Shown here piece after piece: positions 30,464-38,818 of a stretch of 64,000 nucleotides of DNA; within the stretch, counting starts at the first letter, position 1, and each line of letters starts with the position of its first letter. Source of the DNA: Halomonas sp. (lineage in GTDB: Bacteria > Pseudomonadota > Gammaproteobacteria > Pseudomonadales > Halomonadaceae); assembly GCF_029263665.1 (NCBI RefSeq), contig NZ_JAJUFQ010000019.1, positions 18,604-82,603 of the forward strand, given 5' to 3'. The notes under the pieces were generated by a model, which worked only from the letters and a program-made list of their open reading frames with translations, was not told the DNA's origin and did no database searches. The translations under genes and the position numbers were made by a program.

Positions 30464-31171
30464 ATGCAACGCAAAGAGCTGGAAGCGATCTTCGATCAAC
30501 AAGCCGCCGGCTACGATCAGCAATGGTCCAGACTGGCTCCGATTCGCGATGGATTGAACCTGCTGGTCAGCGCGGTGTTTTCCGGTCTTCCCGCCGATGC
30601 ACGAGTGCTGTGTGTCGGGGCCGGAACCGGCTCCGAGATTCTCCACCTCGCACAGCGCTTTCCCGAATACCACTTCACGGCCGTGGAGCCTTCCGCGTCA
30701 ATGCTGGAAGTCTGCCGCCGCCGCGCGGAGGAACATGGGATTGCCTCTCGCTGCGAGTTTCACAACGGCTACCTCGAAACCCTGGCACCCTCGACGCCCT
30801 TCGATGCGGCCACCTCGCTCCTGGTGTCCCAGTTCATCATGGAAGAAGAAAAGCGGTCGGATTTCTTTCGCGAGATCGCCGAGCGACTTCGGCCAGGCGG
30901 CTATCTGGCCAGCGCCGATCTAGCCTCGGATATAGACTCCATGGCGTATCAAAGCCTGCTGGACGTCTGGGTGCAACTGATGAGCGCCGGGGATGTATCC
31001 CCTGACACAGTAGAACGGTTCCGCGCCATGTACGGCCGCGACGTCGCGGTACTGCCGCCCGAGCGCATCAGTGCCATCATGACGGCAGGAGGATTCGATG
31101 CACCGGTGCCATTCTTCCAGGCCGGGCTGGTCCACGCCTGGTATGCCAGGCGGACATCGAGTGTCATTTGA
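30464..31171 (+). CDS. Class I SAM-dependent methyltransferase
   Basis: LCVGAGTG, AVEPSASML and LRPGG motifs; GGAGG RBS before ATG 30464. Confidence 0.85.
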   Translation: MQRKELEAIFDQQAAGYDQQWSRLAPIRDGLNLLVSAVFSGLPADARVLCVGAGTGSEILHLAQRFPEYHFTAVEPSASMLEVCRRRAEEHGIASRCEFHNGYLETLAPSTPFDAATSLLVSQFIMEEEKRSDFFREIAERLRPGGYLASADLASDIDSMAYQSLLDVWVQLMSAGDVSPDTVERFRAMYGRDVAVLPPERISAIMTAGGFDAPVPFFQAGLVHAWYARRTSSVI

Positions 31172-31185
31172 TGACGCCATAGACA

Positions 31186-31500
31186 CTAGTCATCCATAGC
31201 ATCCTCTTCCACATGACTCACCATGTCGACCAGCATGTCGCTTACATGGCTGTCGGCTACTTCGTAGAACACTTGCCTTGAGCGGCGCTCTCTTCTGACC
31301 AGCCGCGCTCCCCTGAGCAGGCGCAAATGGTGACTGACCAGCGTCTGGGACAGGTCCAGGCTTTCCGAAATATCACCCACCGACTTGGGCTCGCGCAGAC
31401 AAAAGAACAGAATTCTCAGTCGTGTCGGTTCCCCAAGCAGATGAAAGGTTTCTGCCAGAATGGCAATGTCATTCTGTGACGGTGAATTCGTGTGACTCAA
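31186..31500 (-). CDS. ArsR/SmtB-family metal-responsive repressor
   Basis: LGEPTRLRIL and SQTLVSHHLRLLR motifs; DSHV..HVEE alpha5 metal site. Confidence 0.85.
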   Translation of the reverse strand: MSHTNSPSQNDIAILAETFHLLGEPTRLRILFFCLREPKSVGDISESLDLSQTLVSHHLRLLRGARLVRRERRSRQVFYEVADSHVSDMLVDMVSHVEEDAMDD

Positions 31501-31521
31501 TGACAGTCTCCTGCTGGGCGT

Positions 31522-32490
31522 TCAATGCTTATGTCCGCAACTGCCATGTCCATCGGCTGAATCCTGGGACAGGCTGCATGACTCAGATTCGTCACGCCAA
31601 TCGAGAGCGACGGTGGCATGCTCAATCTCGAAACGCGACTTCAGTTCATGTTCGACCGATCTCACCACTGTTCGAGCGTCTGCATCGTCCTTTGGCTGCA
31701 CATGCATCGTGGCCAGTGTACGCCCGGACGTGATCGACCAGACGTGAATATGGCTGACAGTGGCGAGCCCCGGCACGGACTCGGTGAGATGGCGCTCGAT
31801 CAGCGCTGGCGTCGCATTGTCGGGAGCGCCTTCCAGCAGGATATGCAGCGATTTGACCAGAAGCTTCCAGGCACTACGCAGAATCAGCAAGGACACGACC
31901 ACCGACAGAATGGGATCGATCGGTGTCCAGCCCGTGAAATGAATCACCACGGCCGCAACGATCGCGCCAACCGAGCCAAGCAGATCGCCCAGCACATGCA
32001 GGGCCGCACCCTTGATATTGACGTGTTCACTATCCCCGCGCGTCAAAATCCAGAATACAACGACGTTGATCAGAAGTCCGACGACGGCAACGCCCAGCAT
32101 CGGCCCGGCAAGCACCGCATGCGGTGCCTGGAAGCGTTGCCAGGCCTCGTAGATGATCCACAACACAATGGCGAACAGGGTGACGGCGTTGACGAAGCCC
32201 GCAATGACCTCGAAACGCAGATAGCCAAAGGTCCGCTTGGCATCCGCGGCGCGTCGGCCAAAGCGAAAGGCCGCATAGGCCAGCGCCAGCGCCACGGCAT
32301 CGGTCAGCATGTGCCCGGCATCGGCAAGCAGCGCCAGTGAGCCCGAGATAAGCCCCCCTGCCACCTCCACGATCATGAAGCTGAAGATCAGGAAGAACGA
32401 CAACAGCACCTTGCGCTCGTTGCCCGCCGTGACCGTCGGCGCATGGGAATGGTCGTGGTCGTGATGATCATGCGAGTGCGAATGAGACAT
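31522..32490 (-). CDS. czcD: Cation diffusion facilitator (Zn/Co/Cd efflux)
   Basis: His-rich N-terminus; SLALLADAGHMLTD and LHVLGDLLGSVGA motifs. Confidence 0.9.
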   Translation of the reverse strand: MSHSHSHDHHDHDHSHAPTVTAGNERKVLLSFFLIFSFMIVEVAGGLISGSLALLADAGHMLTDAVALALAYAAFRFGRRAADAKRTFGYLRFEVIAGFVNAVTLFAIVLWIIYEAWQRFQAPHAVLAGPMLGVAVVGLLINVVVFWILTRGDSEHVNIKGAALHVLGDLLGSVGAIVAAVVIHFTGWTPIDPILSVVVSLLILRSAWKLLVKSLHILLEGAPDNATPALIERHLTESVPGLATVSHIHVWSITSGRTLATMHVQPKDDADARTVVRSVEHELKSRFEIEHATVALDWRDESESCSLSQDSADGHGSCGHKH

Positions 32491-32524
32491 GCCCGCCCCC
32501 TCCTGGAACGATTCAATACAATAC

Positions 32525-32540
32525 ATGAACACATGTTCAT
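32525..32540. promoter_or_regulatory. ArsR/SmtB-type operator
   Basis: Perfect ATGAACA-CA-TGTTCAT dyad upstream of the czcD-arsR operon. Confidence 0.7.
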
Positions 32541-32620
32541 ATGTCGTACGTCAATATCCCTGCACGATATGGCCGAATGCCAAACGATCACGGGCAGAAG
32601 CGGTAGATGGTTGTGAATTG

Positions 32621-32738
32621 AATTACCGTACGGTAACTTTTCTTGCCAGCAGCATCTTAACCGACGAGATAATTACCGAACGGTAATTATCTCGTTGCGA
32701 GTCATAAGAATCATGCCTAGAATTACCGAACGGTAATT
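32621..32738. promoter_or_regulatory. Three palindromic operators upstream of the hipB-like gene
   Basis: AATTACCG-NN-CGGTAA(T/C)T at 32621, 32671 (extends to a 15-2-15 palindrome, 32664-32695) and 32721. Confidence 0.8.
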
Positions 32739-32753
32739 ACCCATGAGCCTGCC

Positions 32754-33023
32754 ATGCCAACACACAAACCCCCTGCCAAGTCCCTTCAGGCCGCTCCCAT
32801 TCGCCACAGCGAAGAACTCGGCAAGCTGGTGCGTCAATTACGCACCGAACAGGGCCTGCTGCAGATCGACCTGGCAGGGCTGGCCGGCACCGGAAATCGC
32901 TTCATTGTCGACCTGGAACGAGGCAAGCCGACCTTGCAACTGCAAAAGGTATTGGACGTGCTGGACTTGATGGGGCTTGAGGTCATCGTGCGCCGCAAGG
33001 GTGATATTCGTCATGGCGAATGA
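32754..33023 (+). CDS. hipB: HipB/y4mF-like Xre HTH antitoxin
   Basis: LGKLVRQLR.EQGL.Q.DLAGLAG.G.RFI.DLERGKPT motif; overlaps the start of a HipA-like frame. Confidence 0.8.
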   Translation: MPTHKPPAKSLQAAPIRHSEELGKLVRQLRTEQGLLQIDLAGLAGTGNRFIVDLERGKPTLQLQKVLDVLDLMGLEVIVRRKGDIRHGE

Positions 33024-33460
33024 CAGCGCCCTGAAGGTTTACCACGGCGACGAATATGTTGGCCGACTGTACGATACTCAACCGTTACGCTTCGAATATG
33101 CCACTGAATGGCTGGAGCACCCTGAAGCGGTGAGCCTCTCGCCTTCATTGACGCTCTCACAGCGAGTTCACGTTGGCGAAGGAGTTCTGGCCTACTTCGA
33201 GAACCTGCTGCTGGAAGGTGATCAAATACGAACGCGACGGTGGCCCCAGTCTGATGTGCTGTCGCGAACTCCTGCTGCAGGTCGGCACACAGCCAAGGAC
33301 TTGCAGCGGCTAATCGGCAACAATGACGCCATGCCAAGAACCTCGCTATTCTCTATACCAACGAAGGCCCTCGGTTGGCACAGTTCTACGACCTAATGAG
33401 CACGACGCTCTATCGCAAACTCTCGCGCTGCTTTGCGTTTCGAGTTGCAGCAGTCAACTA
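33013..33460 (+). pseudogene. hipA: HipA kinase pseudogene (large internal deletion plus frameshifts)
   Basis: HipA N-terminal domain (LRFEY..EWL...SLS.SL..FENLL.EG), then out-of-frame KYERDGGPSL and IGNNDA[H]AKNL..LAQFYDLMST fragments. Confidence 0.8.
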
Positions 33461-33540
33461 ATAACTGATGCGGCTTGGTCACATCCACTTGTGTCCAAGC
33501 GAAGTCACCGCCTCTTCAAATGTGCGCAAAATATGCTACA

Positions 33541-33650
33541 TTATCGATCACCTTTGATAGCGTCGAGATCCATCTTGGCTGAAGCTGGTGCTGTGTTGCT
33601 TGCGTTTTCTGCTCATAATAAGATTCTCGTGTCGACCTAATTAGAGCTTA
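33541..33650 (-). mobile_element. IS3-family left-end/orfA remnant
   Basis: Minus strand reads MSRKRKQHSTSF/AKMDLDAIKGDR* with a frameshift, like an IS3-family OrfA N-terminus; preceded by an IR-like ...AATTAGGTCGACAC. Confidence 0.55.
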
Positions 33651-33698
33651 TCGCATAATCCAACCTTAGCTGCTCATTTCACTAAAAGCTGATAGTTC

Positions 33699-34916
33699 AT
33701 GAAAATTCGCTACACGGTTCCATTCAAACGGAAAATAATCATCGACGACCACTGGGAAATCCCGATGCAAGGAGGAAAACTCCGGGTCATCGAAGAGGCT
33801 GGCTACGCTAAAGCTCTTGAACTCATCTTCGAAAAACAACCTCTTGAATACGCACCTTATATTCAGCTATCTAGTCAAGATGAGATGCCGACAACAATTA
33901 CCCATCGCGATCTTCGCATGATATTCGTTAAGAGCCAACTCGATGATGCAGCTACGTTCCTAGAGTGCATATTTGACATTGAACTCAATACAGATGAGAT
34001 CAATGCCAAATATGAAAGTGAAACTCCCGAGGAAGAAGCCGAACTCCAGATTAAGACTTTCTCGAAAGGTCAAAATGATACCGCTCTACCACTCTCCTTC
34101 GATATGCTTACGCGTGCTATCATGGCTGCTAACGAACAAAGTGCCCCCAAGTTTGAAGCGACATTTGTAAGAAGCGCACGGAAGGCACTACAGGCACAAG
34201 AGTTCATAAATTCCTTTCGTTATTCTTTCTTACTTATTGAATCTCTTTATGGTGACGGGAAGTTTAACAAAGTGGGCTTAAAAACCGCATTGAAAAATAA
34301 CCAAGAGTTCCGAAATATCTTGGAATTAACTCTTAGAGAAGTCCCCCTGCCAAAGAGAAAAATCAACTCAGATACGGAAAAATTACTTTCCACTAAACCA
34401 TCGATAGATGATGTGATTAATCATCTTGTCGAGAAGCGAGGGTTCTATTTCCATGGAAATATAAAACGAAGGAACGCCTGGAAACCCCACGAACAGCACG
34501 CTGCAAAGTCTCTGGCCTTCCTCGCGATAGAAATCGTATCAAGAATATCCATAAATGCAGCGGAACCAATATTCGCTCAAGAATTAACGAAACGCCACTT
34601 TGAAGATGCCATCCGCGTGGGAGCAAAAATCGTGTTTGAGATAGAGTTCAAGTTCCGAGAACCAGAAGAAAATTTCGATCACAAGAATCAGATCAATATT
34701 GAGAGTCCTGGAACAAAAGTAACGCCTAGATCCGCCTTTGAGGTTGCCCAACACTTTCTCAAAGTATTCCAACACAATCAGCCTGCATCAGCTCTCCATG
34801 AAGTAAAATGCACAGTTCAGGGGACCGGAGAAAAGGTGTTTGATCTTACTTTTTATACCATTGAAGATGAAGCAGAAAGAACCACACCAAATACTCTTAA
34901 AACGAAACCCTCCTAA
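33699..34916 (+). CDS. Hypothetical 405-aa protein with HEPN-like Rx4H motif
   Basis: Long, visibly AT-rich ORF; helical block FLLIESLY...KRGFYFHG resembles a HEPN active site. Confidence 0.7.
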   Translation: MKIRYTVPFKRKIIIDDHWEIPMQGGKLRVIEEAGYAKALELIFEKQPLEYAPYIQLSSQDEMPTTITHRDLRMIFVKSQLDDAATFLECIFDIELNTDEINAKYESETPEEEAELQIKTFSKGQNDTALPLSFDMLTRAIMAANEQSAPKFEATFVRSARKALQAQEFINSFRYSFLLIESLYGDGKFNKVGLKTALKNNQEFRNILELTLREVPLPKRKINSDTEKLLSTKPSIDDVINHLVEKRGFYFHGNIKRRNAWKPHEQHAAKSLAFLAIEIVSRISINAAEPIFAQELTKRHFEDAIRVGAKIVFEIEFKFREPEENFDHKNQINIESPGTKVTPRSAFEVAQHFLKVFQHNQPASALHEVKCTVQGTGEKVFDLTFYTIEDEAERTTPNTLKTKPS

Positions 34917-35133
34917 AAAACCATATCAATACCATGCACCTTCTACTCGCATAGACATGGTATCATTACTTTTTTCATAGCATGCCTCCTACCTACTATG
35001 GAAAATTCCATTGATGATGTGGTTGGAGACTTTCTCCAGTAGCCAAATAGGGCAAGGGCGGCCATAAAGTCGATGGTAGACGATAAAGTAGAGCACACAG
35101 TGGAAGGCCGTTGACGAGGCTACCGCAAGTCAG

Positions 35134-35286
35134 TCAGCAGCTTCCTTTCTCTGCCTGCTCAATGACGCGCTTCTGGCGAGCGATGGCATTGTTGATGACC
35201 TTGCTACGCAGTGCCTGCTTCTGTTCTGCAGTTGCGTTGCGCGCAAAATGCGTCAGTGGAGTTGATTTCACGACTTTGTCATTCAT
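35134..35286 (-). CDS. Small 50-aa protein directly downstream of the zeta-toxin-family gene (not in ORF track)
   Basis: ATG 2 nt after the zeta stop; MNDKVVKSTPLTHFARNATAEQKQALRSKVINNAIARQKRVIEQAEKGSC*. Confidence 0.6.
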   Translation of the reverse strand: MNDKVVKSTPLTHFARNATAEQKQALRSKVINNAIARQKRVIEQAEKGSC

Positions 35287-35288
35287 GC

Positions 35289-36026
35289 TCAAGCCTCGTT
35301 TACGAGCAAGTCTTCCAACTGTTCTCGAGTGTAGCGCTCAGGAAGGTAGTCATCAATCGACTCGACGTCCGTCTCCCACCGCTGATTCGTGCCGTCGTTG
35401 TTCTTGATGATCATATCCAGTCCCACCTGTTGCCCGAATTCCTGCTTGATCCGCCTGGCGACATCCTGAACATCCAGGAACTGGCAGATGAAGCTGTCAA
35501 TGGGGATATTCCTACCTTCGACCTTCTCGCGGCTACATACGAACTGCCACGCAAGAGTAGGCTCCTGATATACAAAGTAAATCTGCACATCACGTTCTTT
35601 ATCCAAGGAGCGAGCAACATTCTCTCTTGCCACCTTGTAGCTAGCAAACGTGCCATCCAGGATGAACGACTGCCGCTGCTTCAGCATCAGATCATGGATC
35701 CTTGCCACCAAAGTGGAGACAGCACGCTGAAACAGCCAGGAATTGGCACCGGTGTAGCCCGGCAGCTCTTCTCTCAAGTCGTCAGGGTCGATTCGCAGCA
35801 CATTACTCAAGCCATCCATTCCTTCTGCCCTGACTTCCTCGATAGCGGCAACATACTCCTTGGAGATCTCGGTCTTGCCCGCTCCGGGTGAGCCAGCCAT
35901 AAAGATCGAAACGGGTCGCTCTTCCGGCGGATAGTCCTCGAGACTCGTTCGCTCCCGAGCGATTCGCTGTTTGTGCTGTTTGGCGTAGGCCACCGCATTG
36001 GCAATGATCTCCTCATCGCTGGCCAT
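35289..36026 (-). CDS. Zeta-toxin-family P-loop kinase
   Basis: MAGSPGAGKT Walker A, RIDPDDLRE and ILDGT motifs; GGAG RBS before ATG 36026. Confidence 0.8.
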   Translation of the reverse strand: MASDEEIIANAVAYAKQHKQRIARERTSLEDYPPEERPVSIFMAGSPGAGKTEISKEYVAAIEEVRAEGMDGLSNVLRIDPDDLREELPGYTGANSWLFQRAVSTLVARIHDLMLKQRQSFILDGTFASYKVARENVARSLDKERDVQIYFVYQEPTLAWQFVCSREKVEGRNIPIDSFICQFLDVQDVARRIKQEFGQQVGLDMIIKNNDGTNQRWETDVESIDDYLPERYTREQLEDLLVNEA

Positions 36027-36180
36027 ATTCTTCTCCCATGCCGACACGGTTGGTGAGGGTCTCGTCCTTGTAGGCTTGGGAGTAACGGGTACAGGTCTTC
36101 TTCATCGACGTTGCTTGCCTTGCCATGGGATACCTCATTCAGTGTACTGTCTTAATGGGGTGTCCACCGCTCCTGGGAAA
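36013..36180 (-). mobile_element. IS3 left-end remnant with truncated orfA
   Basis: CCCAG..GTGGACAC..TAAG.AGTA.ACT..GAGGT..CATG layout matches the IS3 left end as recalled; ORF 36126-36013 MARQATSMKKTCTRYSQAYKDETL resembles IS3 OrfA. Confidence 0.65.
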
Positions 36181-36457
36181 TGCCCACGGCGTCCGCCACA
36201 TCCGTCAAACCAACAAGGTCTGGCAAGGCCTCGATCAGGCGCGCGGAAGGAACTGCACTTTTGACATCTGCCAGAGCAGTATGAAACGCCGCTTCAGCGT
36301 TATCCGCCTCCCGGGAGAACTCCAGCGCCAGACGACCAGGCAGCTCCACGCCCACCAGGGCGTCATCACAACCGGCGGCGCCCAAGCGCTCCACCAGCGC
36401 TTCCTGATCGCTATCACGGTCAGCCAACTGGTATTTCAGCGTAAAAATGTATTCCAT
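36152..36457 (-). pseudogene. Truncated antitoxin-like/DNA-binding protein, cut by the IS3 end
   Basis: MEY.FTLKYQL..LGAAGCDDALVG..GRLALEF.REA..PDLVGLTDVAD; stops inside the C-terminal HTH at the IS3 IR. Confidence 0.6.
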
Positions 36458-36804
36458 GGCTCAACCCCAAGATTTCGTCTCGCTCCGGCGTTTGTGGGTA
36501 GAACATTTGTCCACCACTTTAGCGGAACGTCCTTGTCGGGCGCTGCGCCACGCGTGATACAGCAGATATTAACCCGGCATGCTTTTATGTTGGGTTAATG
36601 GCGGCACAGGGACGTGCCGCCGTCGGCCACCAGGCCGATGCGAGACCGCACCACACCAGCAGATCCGCCCATCTGCGCCAGTGTGGTGCGGACGAAAATC
36701 AAATCGGTCAGGATGAGCTATTTGATTCCCATGTTAATAGCTCCGAAATTCTCTTCAGTAGTTGATCGGTATCGGTGCGGCTGTCATATGTGCACGCACC
36801 ATTG

Positions 36805-36835
36805 AAAAAGCCGCTGGTGATCTCTCACCGGCGGC
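36805..36835 (-). terminator. Rho-independent terminator downstream of the two-gene operon
   Basis: Minus strand GCCGCCGGTGA-GAGA-TCACCAGCGGC followed by TTTTT. Confidence 0.7.
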
Positions 36836-37111
36836 CTGGTCTTCAAGGTGCTTGAGCATCCGCTCCAACTCATATCAGAAAAAGATTATTTACGCTCAAT
36901 TGTGAATAGATTACCAAAACTCTTTAATTTCAATGAAGTAAAAATGCGTTCATCAGAGATTCCATGAACAATCCCATAGCTCGGCGCTACCATTAGCCGC
37001 TCCGGAATCTGCCTCCTTCCCTTTAATCCTGTCGGATCTGTATTGCGGCAGGGCGTGTACGCACCAAAGGCTATCACTTTGCTGCTGCGGCATCTCGGAG
37101 TCCGATGTTGC

Positions 37112-38818
37112 TTAGCCCGAGGCGGTACTGTCCGGTGAGGAACGATCCTGACCTCGCCAAACATGCGGTGGTACAGGCATGCGATAGTGGCGGCAGGCCA
37201 TAAGAAAAATTGGAGTCAGGTGATTTCGGACAGCGCTTATCCGCTCATCCAGCGGATACTCCTTCATCACACGGTTCAGTAGGCTAAAAACGGCCTCTAG
37301 CGAGTCATTGAGTGGCAGACCTGGTACCGACACCCCGTGATCTCGATCACCATCCCAGAAAACCTCATCCGTTCGTGCGTCGGGAATCCAGATTTGGTGG
37401 GTCATGTGAGGAGCGTACTCTAACAGCGTGCTGCGCAACTGCTCTGCTCGCTCCTGATCTCCTATCATCGCAAGCCAAGCGAGCACGAAAGTGTAAAGAA
37501 TCCCCGCACGCGTATGCTCTTCGAAGTATGCATCGCTGCGGTCCCTCGGATGTGAGAGGACATCACGATATTCTGTCGTCGGCGTCGGATAATGCCGCCG
37601 AGCCCTCAGTCCGTAGCAGAGATGGTCGGACATGCTGCGGATGTAGTCAGCGACATTAGATAGGCGTCCGCGCACAGCTGCGAGACGCATAAACAGAGCC
37701 AGTTCAATCGTGAAATCGTCACGAACGGGAACGGCAAGCGTCGGATTCGCATTCAGCATCCCAATCGCTATGTTGAGCACCTTGTCCGCCCTTTCACTCA
37801 TTGCCTGCGCGAATGACTCGTCCTCCCCGGCACTTATAGCATCCAGCCATAGCCCGTGGAGAGACAACCTCCCTAGCACCTCGAATAGCGCGATGTTAAT
37901 GTCTACTGCGTTGCGTGAATTTACGGCCATTGAAAGCGCATAGCGCTTGTCAGCGAACGGGCCAATCTTCTCGACAAGTAGAAGGTGAGCGATGATGAAG
38001 TGCAGCTGCAAGACTTGATCGAAATGAGCTAGCCGCTCGTGTTGCGTCGCTCCCTTGCGCAGACGAGTACTATCACAGTGGGGCCAACTGCGTAGCAGCA
38101 CCAACTCGGATGCTCGATACGCGGCCTCAAGATTATCGGCATCGCGAGCCCAGACAAAGAGTATCCAAAGGCACAGGTAGGCCTTGCGTAGCTGACGTGT
38201 GCGCTCTGTCTGATTCTTCGGCTCAGTGAAAATGACATTGAGCAAGTGACGGAAATGCCGATAAGCGACCTCGGGCTGATCAAGCATCGCTAGCGCCTTC
38301 TGAAACAGCCCTCGATTCTCGCTCTCAATTAACTCAGCACGCAACATACCGCTAAGGATCAGATCTGAAAGACGATCCCCGTTCCATTCGGCAAAGTGAA
38401 TGTCAGCTCTCTCGTTCTTCCGACAGTAACCGCTCCACTGTGCCCGAACATCCTCACGCATCTCACCGCCCATGCAGACGCATATAACGACAGGCAGATC
38501 CGCAAAATGGGGCGGGATGCGGTTCGGGATATAGTCATCCAAAACCTCATTCAGCGACGGACGCACGGCCTGCTGGCTGGTATCCCAATGCTCTCGTGTC
38601 AAATCACCGGACTTGATCGTGAATAGGAACAGACTTCGAGTGCCATCCCGATCTGGATTGGGGCCAACTGCTGCTACGTCGACACCAGCTTGCCGGGTGC
38701 CGCGACGGGGACGGGTTAGAACTTCAAAACCACTTTCAGCCAAAAGATCAGGCAGAATAGCGTCGAGTTCGTCACGCTCGCGTAGCGAGCGCAGATAGTG
38801 CATCACGACAAGTTTCAT
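37112..38818 (-). CDS. 568-aa protein with N-terminal restriction-endonuclease-like (PD-(D/E)xK/Mrr-like) domain and long helical C-terminus
   Basis: ERDELDAILPDLL..GFEV..RQAGVDVAAVG..LFTIKSG pattern; ATGA overlap with the upstream ORF. Confidence 0.7.
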   Translation of the reverse strand: MKLVVMHYLRSLRERDELDAILPDLLAESGFEVLTRPRRGTRQAGVDVAAVGPNPDRDGTRSLFLFTIKSGDLTREHWDTSQQAVRPSLNEVLDDYIPNRIPPHFADLPVVICVCMGGEMREDVRAQWSGYCRKNERADIHFAEWNGDRLSDLILSGMLRAELIESENRGLFQKALAMLDQPEVAYRHFRHLLNVIFTEPKNQTERTRQLRKAYLCLWILFVWARDADNLEAAYRASELVLLRSWPHCDSTRLRKGATQHERLAHFDQVLQLHFIIAHLLLVEKIGPFADKRYALSMAVNSRNAVDINIALFEVLGRLSLHGLWLDAISAGEDESFAQAMSERADKVLNIAIGMLNANPTLAVPVRDDFTIELALFMRLAAVRGRLSNVADYIRSMSDHLCYGLRARRHYPTPTTEYRDVLSHPRDRSDAYFEEHTRAGILYTFVLAWLAMIGDQERAEQLRSTLLEYAPHMTHQIWIPDARTDEVFWDGDRDHGVSVPGLPLNDSLEAVFSLLNRVMKEYPLDERISAVRNHLTPIFLMACRHYRMPVPPHVWRGQDRSSPDSTASG

